Positions 20,291 through 29,209 of a stretch of 64,000 nt of DNA are shown here, one piece after another. The position numbers and the translations under genes are program-made. The stretch spans positions 20,146 to 84,145 of the forward strand of contig CAVSGN010000008.1 of NCBI GenBank assembly GCA_963727515.1, given 5' to 3'. The stretch is from an uncultured Thermoleophilia bacterium (GTDB lineage Bacteria > Actinomycetota > Thermoleophilia > Gaiellales > Gaiellaceae). How positions within the stretch are numbered: the first letter of the stretch is position 1; each line of letters starts with the position of its first letter. The notes below the pieces were generated by a model. The model was not told the DNA's origin. It saw only the letters and a program-made list of their open reading frames with translations, and searched no databases.

Positions 20291-20676
20291 GCAGTCGCAG
20301 CGAGATCTCGCTCGCGAGCCGGCCCGTTCTCTCGCATTCCGCGGATGCAGTGGTTGCCGACGGGCTGCTCTTCGTCGCAGGGATCCTGCCGGTCGACGCC
20401 GGCGGGACGCTCGTCGGCGGCGACGATGTGCGGGAGCAGGCCCGGTCCGTCTTTTCCGAGCTCGACCAGATCCTCGCCGCGGGCGGCTGCTCCGGCACGG
20501 ACGTCGCGCGCATCAATGTCTATCTCACCTCGATCGGCGATGCGGGAGTGCTGGACGCGCCGCTACGGCAGACCTGCGGTGTGGCGTCGGTTGCGGGCAC
20601 GGTTGTCGAGGTGAGCGGGCTCGCGATTCCCGGGGCGAGGATCGAGATCGACGCGATCGCGGTGCGGGCGTCGTGA
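20287..20676 (+). CDS. RidA family protein (second, tandem paralog)
   Basis: AVVADGLLFVAG, QARSVFSEL, DVARINVYLT, IEIDAIA; GTGA-coupled. Confidence 0.82.
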   Translation: MSSRSEISLASRPVLSHSADAVVADGLLFVAGILPVDAGGTLVGGDDVREQARSVFSELDQILAAGGCSGTDVARINVYLTSIGDAGVLDAPLRQTCGVASVAGTVVEVSGLAIPGARIEIDAIAVRAS

Positions 20677-21788
20677 GCGGCGATCCCTACAACGCGGCGA
20701 TCACGTGGCTCGCCGAGCCGCTCACCGGCGCGGCCGAAGGGCCGCTCGCCGGCAGGACGCTGCTCGTCAAGGACCTGATCGACACGGCGGGCATCCGCAC
20801 GACGTATGGATCGCGGATCTACGCCGACCACGTTCCCGAGCGCCACGCGTCCGTCGTCCAGCGGGCGCTCGACGCGGGTGCCGTCGTCGTCGGCAAGGGC
20901 AACCTGCCCGAATTCGCGTGGGGGGTACTCGGCGCGAATCCCTGGTACGGAACGGTTCACAACCCGCTGCATCCGGGCAGGACGACCGGCGGCTCGTCGG
21001 CCGGGAACGCGGCCGCGATCGCCGCCGGCCTCGTCGAGCTCGGGCTCGGGACCGACACGGGCTGCTCGATCAGGTTGCCGTCGGCCGCCTGTGGCACCGT
21101 CGGGCTGAAATCGCGGTGGGGCGTGCTCCCTCTCGACGGTGTCTTCCCGCTCTGCCCGTCGTTCGACACGGTAGGGCCGATGGGGCGGACGGTCGAGGAC
21201 GTGGCCCTCCTCTGGTCGGTGCTCTCCGGCGCACCCGTGCCGGAGCCTCGTCTCGACGGGCTCACGATCGGCCTCCTGCGCCGCGCGCCCGATCTCAGTG
21301 ACGGTCGGGAGACGGAGCGGACCGATGCAGGCGAGCAGTGGGTCGCGGACCTCGAGGGGCTGGGCGCGCGCGTCGTCGAGGCAGGCATCCCGCCTCCTCA
21401 GGCGGACATGTGGCCCGTGTTTCTTCGCGAGGCTGCCACGAGCCACCGGGCGACGTTTCCTGCCCGCGCGGACGAGTACGCCGACACGATCCGCTCGAAG
21501 CTCGAAGCGGCGCAGCACGTCACCGACGAGGGCGTCGCCGCGGGGCGCGCCGCGCTCGCGACATGGCGCGCGTACGAGCCGGACGTCGACCTCTACGTCT
21601 GCCCGTGCTACGCGATCGATCTCCCTGCCGAGGATGCCGACGAGCTCGAGGTGCGGCTTCCGCTCTCGTCGTTCCTGCGCTGGGTCAACCTGATCGGCTG
21701 GGCGGGGCTCGCGGTGGGGAACATGCAGTTCATCGCCCCGCACGACACGACGGTTCTTGCCGCCGGCCTCGCGTGGGAGCGTCGGTAG
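20673..21788 (+). CDS. Amidase signature family protein
   Basis: VKDLID, GKGNLPEFAWG, GGSSAG, LGTDTGCSIRLPSAACG (K/S/S triad region). Confidence 0.9.
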   Translation: MSGDPYNAAITWLAEPLTGAAEGPLAGRTLLVKDLIDTAGIRTTYGSRIYADHVPERHASVVQRALDAGAVVVGKGNLPEFAWGVLGANPWYGTVHNPLHPGRTTGGSSAGNAAAIAAGLVELGLGTDTGCSIRLPSAACGTVGLKSRWGVLPLDGVFPLCPSFDTVGPMGRTVEDVALLWSVLSGAPVPEPRLDGLTIGLLRRAPDLSDGRETERTDAGEQWVADLEGLGARVVEAGIPPPQADMWPVFLREAATSHRATFPARADEYADTIRSKLEAAQHVTDEGVAAGRAALATWRAYEPDVDLYVCPCYAIDLPAEDADELEVRLPLSSFLRWVNLIGWAGLAVGNMQFIAPHDTTVLAAGLAWERR

Positions 21789-21827
21789 GCCCGCGCCCGT
21801 GTGCGGGGCCCGGACGCTGACGCTCCA

Positions 21828-22640
21828 CTAGGTCCCGTCGAACTCGGGCTTCCGCTTCTCGACGAACGCCTCGACGCCCTCGTGGAAGTCGTGCGTCTGC
21901 TGCATCAGCCCGTACGCGAGGCCCTCGAGCTCGAGCCCGACGTGGAGCGGCCCGTCGTAGACGGTGTTGAGGACACGCTTCGACATGGCCAGCGAGAGCG
22001 GCGCGTGACGCGACAGCTCGGTGATCAAAGACGACACGGTCTCGTCGAGCTGTTCGGGAGGAACGACCTCCGTGACGAGACCGATCGCCAGGGCCTCCTC
22101 TGCACCCACCCGCCGGCCACGCATGATGATGTCCTTCGCACGCCCGACGCCGACGAGCCGCGCGAGCCGCTGGGTCCCGCCAGAGCCGGGGATCATCCCG
22201 ATCGTCGCCTCGGGAAGCGCCATCAGCATGTCGTCGGCCGCGATCCGGAAGTCGCACGCGAGCGCAAGCTCGAGGCCGACGCCGAAGACGTACCCCTGCA
22301 GGCGTGCGATCACCGGCTTCGAGCAGCGCTCCGCCGCAGCGACGTTCTTTGCGAGCTGCGAGACGACCCAGGGCGATTTCGTCAGGAAGCCTGCGATGTC
22401 ACCGCCGGCCGTGAACTGGCCGCCCGCGCCGGTGAGCACGACGAAGCGCACCGACTCGTCGCGGTCGAGGTCGGCGAAGACTGCTGCGAGCTGGTCACGT
22501 GCGAGCATCGAGACCCGGTTGAACTTCCCCGGGACGTCCAGCGTGATCGTCGCCACGCCGCGGTCGCCGTCGTGCTCGACCCTGAATCCATCGAAGGCTT
22601 CGCCTCGTTCCTCGGCAAAACCGCTAGATGGGGCGTTCAC
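21828..22640 (-). CDS. hmfE: Crotonase-fold protein, HmfE-like (2-oxoglutaroyl-CoA hydrolase)
   Basis: AGGDI, FGVGLELALACDFRIA, ALPE..IGMIPGSGG crotonase motifs; DGFRVE and SQLA.NVAA..RCSKPVIA segments as I recall them from HmfE; last gene of the hmfABCD-like run. Confidence 0.72.
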   Translation of the reverse strand: MNAPSSGFAEERGEAFDGFRVEHDGDRGVATITLDVPGKFNRVSMLARDQLAAVFADLDRDESVRFVVLTGAGGQFTAGGDIAGFLTKSPWVVSQLAKNVAAAERCSKPVIARLQGYVFGVGLELALACDFRIAADDMLMALPEATIGMIPGSGGTQRLARLVGVGRAKDIIMRGRRVGAEEALAIGLVTEVVPPEQLDETVSSLITELSRHAPLSLAMSKRVLNTVYDGPLHVGLELEGLAYGLMQQTHDFHEGVEAFVEKRKPEFDGT

Positions 22641-22704
22641 AGCGTCGGGCGGAGAATCGAGGATTGCATCGGAAGCCTTTCGTCGTCGAGAAACATGTCA
22701 CTGC

Positions 22705-22726
22705 ACTATCTAACGACTATCTAACG
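22705..22726. promoter_or_regulatory. AT-rich 11-bp perfect tandem direct repeat upstream of hmfE-like gene
   Basis: ACTATCTAACG-ACTATCTAACG in the 97-nt spacer between the CoA ligase and the crotonase genes. Confidence 0.5.
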
Positions 22727-22737
22727 CGATTCCGGTC

Positions 22738-24087
22738 TCAGCCGGAGTCGCTTCGGAGGAGTCTCCGGAGGATCTTCCCCGATGGGCTCTTCGGAAGCGC
22801 CGCCACCCGGCGGTACTCGCGCGGCCGCTTGAAGCGGGCGAGGGCCGAGGCGAGGCAATGCGCGTCGAGCTCGTCGGGAGTTACGTCTCCCACGACGACC
22901 GCGACGACCCGCTGGCCGAGGCGGTCATCGGGGGCCCCGACGACCGCCACCTCGGCGACGCCCGGGTAGGCGGCGAGGATCTCCTCGACCTCGAGCGGGT
23001 GGATGTTCTCCCCGCCGGAGATGATCATGTCGTCGACCCTCCCGTCGATCCAGAGATCGCCGTCGTCGTCGAGGTGCCCGATGTCTCCCGTGTGGTACCA
23101 GCCGTTGCTGATCGCCTTGGCGTCGGCGTCCGGGCGGTTCCAGTAGCCGCCGAAGGCCTCGTCCCCGGTGAGGTGGACGCAGATCTCGCCGTCCGTCGCG
23201 AGCTTCAGGCGTGCGTTCACCGCCGCCCGTCCCGCGCACCCGGGCTTCGCCACCTGGTCGCGGCCGATCGAAAAGGTGTAGATCTCGGTCGAGCCGTAGT
23301 GGTTGACGAACACCTCCGGGTGGAAGACGTCGACGCAGCGTGTCACGACAGTCGATGTCATGGCGGCCCCGGCGTACCCGAGGGCGCGGACGCTCGAGAC
23401 GTCGCGGCGCTCGAGCCCTTCTGCCGTGACGAGGTCGTAGAAGAGCGTCGGGGCCAGGTAGAGCGACGTGATCCGCTCCTCCTCGATCAGGCGGAGCGCG
23501 TCCTGCGGCACCCAGCGCGCCTGGGGGACGTAACAGCCGCCGACGAGATGCATTGCGAGGAGCGAGTGGATGCCCATCGTGTGGTAGAGCGGCATCACGC
23601 CGAGCGTGCGGTCGCCGTGCGCGTAGCCGTGCTGCAACGCCTGGCTGAGCCCACCCGCCCGGTCTGCCGCGTGACTCCGGGGGACGCCTTTCGGCCGCCC
23701 GGTCGTCCCCGACGTGTACAGGAGCAGCGAGATCTCGCGTGGATCGCGATCGAGGGCACCCGGATGCTCCGGCCCGTCGGGCAGCCCGTCGCTCTCGCGA
23801 ACGACCCGTTCGGCGCCCGCGTTGGAGATGCAGTAGTCGAGCTCCTCCTCGTCCAGTCGCCAGGAGAGCGGCACGAAGACGGCGCCGGCCCATTGCGCTG
23901 CCCAGTAGAGAAGCGCCGTCTCGAGCCGGTTGTCGAGCACGACCGCGACGCGCGCCCCGGGTGCCAGGTCCAGTCCGCCGGCGATGCGGGCGATGCGTGG
24001 GACGAGCTCGCCGTAGCGGATGCCGGGGAACGCCTCGAGCTCCGGATGGCGTTCGCAGGCGGCGAGGAGCGACTCGGCGAGGTTCAC
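22738..24087 (-). CDS. hmfD: Acyl-CoA synthetase, HmfD-like (2-furoate-CoA ligase)
   Basis: YTSGTTGRPKGVPR, RTLGVMPLYHTMG, VNHYGSTEIYTF, WYHTGD, GRVDDMIISGGENI, PKSPSGKILRR; GTGA-coupled to the 2Fe-2S gene. Confidence 0.72.
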   Translation of the reverse strand: MNLAESLLAACERHPELEAFPGIRYGELVPRIARIAGGLDLAPGARVAVVLDNRLETALLYWAAQWAGAVFVPLSWRLDEEELDYCISNAGAERVVRESDGLPDGPEHPGALDRDPREISLLLYTSGTTGRPKGVPRSHAADRAGGLSQALQHGYAHGDRTLGVMPLYHTMGIHSLLAMHLVGGCYVPQARWVPQDALRLIEEERITSLYLAPTLFYDLVTAEGLERRDVSSVRALGYAGAAMTSTVVTRCVDVFHPEVFVNHYGSTEIYTFSIGRDQVAKPGCAGRAAVNARLKLATDGEICVHLTGDEAFGGYWNRPDADAKAISNGWYHTGDIGHLDDDGDLWIDGRVDDMIISGGENIHPLEVEEILAAYPGVAEVAVVGAPDDRLGQRVVAVVVGDVTPDELDAHCLASALARFKRPREYRRVAALPKSPSGKILRRLLRSDSG

Positions 24088-24563
24088 TGCCCAGGCTCCC
24101 GCGCCGCGATGATCTCGGCTGCCTCCTCGATGGCGGCGACGATCGGGGCGTAGCCCGTGCAGCGACAGAGGTGCCCGGAGAGCATGTCGACGATCTCCTC
24201 GTGCGACGGCTTTCCGCGCGAGAGCAGGTCGTCGGCGGCGATCAGGATGCCGGGCGTGCAGAAGCCGCACTGGAGTGCGTGCGCGCGCTTGAACGCCTCC
24301 TGCAGCGGCGACAGGAGGTCGTCACCGGCGAGCGACTCGGCGGTCTCGACCACGGACCCGTCCGCCTGCACGGCGAGCAGGCAGCAGCCGCGCACCGAGA
24401 CGCCGTCGAAGCGCACGGTGCAGGCGCCGCAGACGCCGTGCTCGCACCCGACGTGGGTTCCGGTCAGGCCGAGCGTGTGGCGGAGGAAGTCGGTCAGGAG
24501 GAGACGCGGCTCGACCTCCTCGACGACGGTTCTCCCGTTCACGGTCAGCGTGATCTCGGTCAC
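24084..24563 (-). CDS. hmfC: (2Fe-2S) small subunit of molybdenum hydroxylase, HmfC-like
   Basis: GCEHGVCGACT, QCGFCTPG, LCRCTGY. Confidence 0.75.
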   Translation of the reverse strand: MTEITLTVNGRTVVEEVEPRLLLTDFLRHTLGLTGTHVGCEHGVCGACTVRFDGVSVRGCCLLAVQADGSVVETAESLAGDDLLSPLQEAFKRAHALQCGFCTPGILIAADDLLSRGKPSHEEIVDMLSGHLCRCTGYAPIVAAIEEAAEIIAAREPGQ

Positions 24564-25405
24564 GCCGACCGCTCCCAGGCGTGAAGCAGCGCCCGCTCGA
24601 CGAGCGTACCCGTCACCTGCCGGAGATAGGCCGGCGACGCGTGGGTCGAGCCGGCCGGGTCGACCGAAGCCACCGCGAGCGCTCCCACCTCTCGCGCCGA
24701 GGTGGGCGTCACGTGCGACCCCTCGATCGCCTCCTCGATCTCGGCGAATGCGGTCGGATGATCGGTCACCGCACCGATGCGCACCCGCACGTCGCGCGCA
24801 ACGCCCTCGACGCGGCGGAGCACGACGGCGACCATCGAGAGTGCGAAGTCGCCGGCGCGAAGGGCGATCTCCTCGAACGCCGCCCCCTCGCCCTCGGCCG
24901 GATGCGGCCAGAGCGTGTCGACGACGAGCTCGCCCGGGGCGAGTGTCGTCAGGAAGTGCGTCACGAAGAACTCGTCGGGTGCAACCTCGCGGCGGCCTGC
25001 CGTCCCCTCGACCCCGATCGTCCCGCCGAGCGCCGCGAGGCAGAGCGGGATCTCGGCCGAGCCGTCGGCGTGCGCGACGCTGCCGCCAACCGTGCCGCGA
25101 TTGCGCGTCACGAAGTGCCCAACGAACGGAAGTGCCTCGCGCAGCAACGGATGCGTGCGGAGGTCCCGCTCGAGCGTTGCCTGCCGTACGGTCGCCCCGA
25201 CGCGAAGGACGCCGTTCGAGTCGATCGTGTCGAGCCCCGCCCGGTTCACGTCGACGAGGAGCGTCGGCCGTACGAGACGCATGTTGAGCGCCGGCACGAG
25301 GCTCTGGCCTCCCGCGATCGGCTTTGCGTCCTCGTCGCTCGCGAGCGCTGCGATCGCTTCCTCGGTCGAGCGGGCCGCGACGTACTCGAAGGCGACGGGC
25401 TTCAT
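24560..25405 (-). CDS. hmfB: FAD-binding medium subunit of molybdenum hydroxylase, HmfB-like
   Basis: MKPVAFEY, IAGGQSLVP.LNMRL.RP, GHFVTRNRGTVGGSVAHAD, RAGDFAL. Confidence 0.75.
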   Translation of the reverse strand: MKPVAFEYVAARSTEEAIAALASDEDAKPIAGGQSLVPALNMRLVRPTLLVDVNRAGLDTIDSNGVLRVGATVRQATLERDLRTHPLLREALPFVGHFVTRNRGTVGGSVAHADGSAEIPLCLAALGGTIGVEGTAGRREVAPDEFFVTHFLTTLAPGELVVDTLWPHPAEGEGAAFEEIALRAGDFALSMVAVVLRRVEGVARDVRVRIGAVTDHPTAFAEIEEAIEGSHVTPTSAREVGALAVASVDPAGSTHASPAYLRQVTGTLVERALLHAWERSA

Positions 25406-27708
25406 GCCGGAGCTCCGTCCTGGAGAAGGTCCCAGACGCGCGGCGGCGTCAACGGCAACTCGACGTCGTCCCGCCCGATCGCATCGGCGACCGCATTCGC
25501 GATACACACGGGCGCGCTCATCGTGTTGCCCTCGCCGACCCCCTTCGCACCGAGCGCGGTCACCGTGGACGGCGTCGAGAGGTGCCCGATCGTGAGCGCG
25601 GGGATGTCCGGAGCGGTCGGCGTGAGGTAGTCGACGAGCGATGACGTCATCAGGTTTCCCGACTCGTCGTAGATGTGGCGCTCGTAGAGTGCGGCCGCGA
25701 CGCCGTGAGCGAACCCGCCGAGCACCTGCCCGTCGACGAGCAGAGGGTTGAGGAGGCGACCGGCGTCGTGCACGGTGACGTAGTCGAGAACGCGGACGAG
25801 GCCGGTCTCCCGCTCGACCTCGACGGCGCAGACATCGACGATGAAGCCATGCGACGCCGACGACGCGATCCTGTCGTCGTCGTCCGGCGGGTCGAGCGTT
25901 GGCGGTGCCCAGAAGGCGACTGCCGAGAGACCGGGCTCCTCATCCGGCGGAAGCCCTTCCGGGTTCCAGTGAGCCATGCCGGCGACGCGACGAAGGGACA
26001 GCTCGGCGTCGCCCGCGTGGGCGCGGATCGCGTCGATCTTCGCCCTCAGCTTCAGCGCGGCCGCCTGAACCGCGCCGACGGCGACGCCGGAGAAGCGCGA
26101 CGAGTACGCTCCCGACGCGACGCTCCACGGCACGCTCGCCGTGTCCATCTCCGCCATCACCGTGACCTCGTCCGGGGAGCAGCCGAGCGCGTCCGCGACG
26201 ACCTGCGCGCAGACCGTCCGGTGGCCCTGGCCCTGGGGTGTCGTCGCAAGTCGCACGGTGATGCCGCCGAGCGGGTTGATCGAGATCGAGGCCCCTTCGG
26301 CGTTCCCCGACTTCGGGAGGGTCAGCGCGCGCTCGTCGGCGGTCTGCGCCAGGGTGATGTAGCCCATGTTGGAGATCGAGGGCTCGACCACGCAGGTGAG
26401 CCCGATGCCGGCGAGCCGGTCATCCGCCCGCGCCGCGACCACCCGAGCCCGCAGCCCGGCGTAGTCGGCGAGCTCGAGCGCGCGGTCGAGGCATGCTGAG
26501 TAGTCGCCACCGTCGTAGAGCGCGCCGGACGGCGTCCGGTACGGCATCGCGTCCGCCGCGATCAGGTTCCGTCGCGCCAGGTCGGCCGGGTCGAGCCCGA
26601 GCCGCCGGGCAGCGATCGCCATTGTGCGCTCGAGGCCGAAGTAGAGCTGCGGGCCACCGAAGCCGCGGTTCAGGCCCGACGGCTGCGTGTTCGTCAGCAC
26701 GACCCGGTTGCGGACGCCCACGTTCTGCACCGCGTACGCACCCGCGAGCGAACCGTGCATGCGGTACAGCGTCGCCGGCTCGGGAGCGCGGACGTACGCG
26801 CCGACGTCCTCGACCGCGTCGTAGCGGAGAGCGACAAGGCGACCGTCGGCCTTGAAGCCCGCCTCGACGACGGTCGTGCGCCCCGTCGACGCCGAGCTCG
26901 AGGCGAGGTGCTCGAGCCGGTCCTCGATCCACGTGACCGGCACGCCGAGATGACGCGACGCGAGACCCATGAGGACGATGTAGGTGAACACCGAGGACTT
27001 GACGCCGAACGAGCCACCCGAGTCGGGCGGCGTCAGGAGCCGGAGGCGGTCGCCCTTGAGCCCGAGCGCGGCGGCCGCGACGCCGTGCAGCGTGAACGGC
27101 CCCTGGAAGTTCGCCCACGCGGTCAGTCGGCCGGCGGCTGCGTCCCAGTCTGCGACGACCGCGTAGCACTCGACAGGGGTACACGTGAAGCGCGGCACGT
27201 GGAACGCGTGCTGGAGCACGACGTCCGCCTCCGCCATCGCACCGTCGACATCGCCGTACACGAACGCCCGATCGTGGATTGCGGCCGCCGCGAGGGGATC
27301 GAGCACGGGATCGAGAGGGTCGTAGTCGACGTCGACGAGCTCGGCGGCGTCCTCGGCCAGGTAGCGATCGCGGGCGACGACGACGGCGATGGGCTCGCCG
27401 ACATACCGCGCCGTGTCGACGGCAGTCGCGTACTGGGGGGTGCCGCTGTCGATCCCCGCGGGGAACGGCCGGGACAGGGCAACGACGTCCGCGCCCGTGA
27501 GCACGCCGATCACGCCCGGAGCCGCCAACGCGGCAGACGCGTCGACTGTGATGTGCGCGTGCGCGAGCTGCGACCGGACGACGGCCGCGTGGTAGGAGTG
27601 CGCCACGGGTGCGAGATCGTCCAGGAACCGGCCCTCGCCGCGGAGCAGGGCATCGTCCTCGACGCGTTGCAGGGGCCGACCGACCCAGGGCTCGGAGCTC
27701 GCGGTCAC
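25402..27708 (-). CDS. hmfA: Molybdopterin-binding large subunit, HmfA-like (2-furoyl-CoA dehydrogenase)
   Basis: QRVEDDALLRG, GGSFGVK, GLNRGFGGPQ, PQGQGHRT, ASGAYSSRF, HDAG..LNP..VDGQ..GG, GAKGVGEG; lacks the CODH AYxCSFR motif. Confidence 0.72.
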   Translation of the reverse strand: MTASSEPWVGRPLQRVEDDALLRGEGRFLDDLAPVAHSYHAAVVRSQLAHAHITVDASAALAAPGVIGVLTGADVVALSRPFPAGIDSGTPQYATAVDTARYVGEPIAVVVARDRYLAEDAAELVDVDYDPLDPVLDPLAAAAIHDRAFVYGDVDGAMAEADVVLQHAFHVPRFTCTPVECYAVVADWDAAAGRLTAWANFQGPFTLHGVAAAALGLKGDRLRLLTPPDSGGSFGVKSSVFTYIVLMGLASRHLGVPVTWIEDRLEHLASSSASTGRTTVVEAGFKADGRLVALRYDAVEDVGAYVRAPEPATLYRMHGSLAGAYAVQNVGVRNRVVLTNTQPSGLNRGFGGPQLYFGLERTMAIAARRLGLDPADLARRNLIAADAMPYRTPSGALYDGGDYSACLDRALELADYAGLRARVVAARADDRLAGIGLTCVVEPSISNMGYITLAQTADERALTLPKSGNAEGASISINPLGGITVRLATTPQGQGHRTVCAQVVADALGCSPDEVTVMAEMDTASVPWSVASGAYSSRFSGVAVGAVQAAALKLRAKIDAIRAHAGDAELSLRRVAGMAHWNPEGLPPDEEPGLSAVAFWAPPTLDPPDDDDRIASSASHGFIVDVCAVEVERETGLVRVLDYVTVHDAGRLLNPLLVDGQVLGGFAHGVAAALYERHIYDESGNLMTSSLVDYLTPTAPDIPALTIGHLSTPSTVTALGAKGVGEGNTMSAPVCIANAVADAIGRDDVELPLTPPRVWDLLQDGAPA

Positions 27709-27777
27709 CGCGTCATCGTCGCGGTCCGAGGGTGACCCTCGCAATCGTCCGTTCGGATGAGGGTCGGGGGGATCGCT

Positions 27778-28854
27778 CTACCCGAGCAGCCCGCGGCGCC
27801 GCGCGGTGTACGTCGCCTCGGAACGGGAGCTCGCGCCGAGCTTGCGGAACAGGCTGCGGGCATGCGTCTTGGCGGTCGTCTGCGAGATCCCGAGGCTGTC
27901 GGCGACCTGGCGGAACCGCATCCCGCGGTCGAGGCACGAGAGCACGTCGAGCTCGCGGGGAGTCAGCGCAGTCTCCTGCCGACGCACCCGGCGCCGCGGC
28001 AACCACGATTGTCCCCGCGAGACGGCGTCCACCGCGAGCGGCAGCGCGTCCTCGACCTCTGCGCGGAGGACGAACCCGGTCGCGCCCGCTGCGAGCGCGA
28101 CACCCAGGCTGTCGCCGCCGTCGTGCGGGGCGACGACGAGGAGAGGGGCGTCGACGCCGGCCGCGCGGAGCTCGCCGATCCAGGCGTCGATCCGCCGGCC
28201 GCCGAGCGCAAGGTCGCCGATCACGACGTCCGGTGCCCGGAGCGGGCCGGAGCGGACCGCGTCGGACGGCGAGCGCGCAAGTGCGGCGCGTGCGAGACCC
28301 GTCTCCTCGAGGAGACGGGCGATGCCGTGGCCGACGAGCGGGTCGTCATGACAGACGAGCACCGTTGTCGGGGTGATCTCGTCCGGCTGGGCGAGCGCGA
28401 GCGACAGCGGCCCGAGCAGCGGCTCCACGAGCGCGCACGCATCTGCCGCCGTCGACCCCGTCGTGTCGAAATGGAGATTGAGCGCCCCTGGTCGCCCCTG
28501 CGGATGCCGAAGGGGCAGCGACGCGCCGGAGCGGAATCCGTGCTCGCGGACGATCCTGTCGAGGGGTCGCGAGAACCCGCGCCGTTGATCGAAGTCCGGT
28601 GAGACGAAGACCTTGTCGTCGGCGGCGCTTCGGTGATGCGTCGACGTGCCGAGGGGGAAGCGCGTCCCGGGACCGAGTAGTGCCTCGCCGCGGGCCTCGA
28701 GGATCTCGAAGGCATCGTCGTCGGCATCGATCTCGGAGAACGAGACACGCGCGGCGCCGACCGCCTCGAGAATCCCGTCCGCTACCTCGGCGAGCTTCGC
28801 CTCGCCGTCCGTCAGCATCTGCCCGATGTCTGCGATCCGGTCGGTCTGGGCCAT
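27778..28854 (-). CDS. GAF + atypical receiver + LuxR-HTH transcriptional regulator
   Basis: N-terminal GAF-like region (G.RS.ASLPL, LNLHF), middle VLVCHDDPLV..PDVVIGDL..GATGFVLR, C-terminal LTPRELDVL...IS.TTAKTHARSLFRKLGASSR. Confidence 0.85.
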   Translation of the reverse strand: MAQTDRIADIGQMLTDGEAKLAEVADGILEAVGAARVSFSEIDADDDAFEILEARGEALLGPGTRFPLGTSTHHRSAADDKVFVSPDFDQRRGFSRPLDRIVREHGFRSGASLPLRHPQGRPGALNLHFDTTGSTAADACALVEPLLGPLSLALAQPDEITPTTVLVCHDDPLVGHGIARLLEETGLARAALARSPSDAVRSGPLRAPDVVIGDLALGGRRIDAWIGELRAAGVDAPLLVVAPHDGGDSLGVALAAGATGFVLRAEVEDALPLAVDAVSRGQSWLPRRRVRRQETALTPRELDVLSCLDRGMRFRQVADSLGISQTTAKTHARSLFRKLGASSRSEATYTARRRGLLG

Positions 28855-28875
28855 GTGACGGACGGTACCAGCGCG

Positions 28876-29193
28876 TCAGCGGGAATGCCGCCTGGCCGCG
28901 AGCGCCACTTCCTCGTCGCTCGGGCCGCCGTGCTCGAGAGCCCTGAAGGCGATCAACACCGCGCGCGGATCACGGGCGTGGCGTTGCGCCGCCAGGGTCA
29001 GCGGCTCTCGAACGGCTCCGCCGCAGTGGGCGCACGGCCAGTAGATCCGCGACATCAGCTGCGCGGCCCGCCCGTCCGGATACATCCTCAGGATCTCGAG
29101 GATCGTCGTCGAGCCGCGGATCTCGCGGCGCAGGGTGTCGCCGTCGGCAACACCCTGCGCCGGGAGAAAGCCCGGGATCGCGGTTCGGGACAC
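28876..29193 (-). CDS. Small CxxC protein, DUF1858/redox-disulfide-domain-like
   Basis: TTILEILRMYP..AAQLMSRIYWPCAHCGGAVREPLTLAAQRH resembles the DUF1858 pattern; start codon uncertain. Confidence 0.6.
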   Translation of the reverse strand: MSRTAIPGFLPAQGVADGDTLRREIRGSTTILEILRMYPDGRAAQLMSRIYWPCAHCGGAVREPLTLAAQRHARDPRAVLIAFRALEHGGPSDEEVALAARRHSR

Positions 29194-29209
29194 GTCGGCG
29201 GGCGACGTT

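Noticed and set aside
25402-27708. Aerobic CO dehydrogenase (CoxL) call, given CoxD/E-like genes in the window
   Set aside because: No AYxCSFR (form I) or AYRGAGR (form II) motif; gene order and CoA ligase/crotonase partners fit hmf instead.
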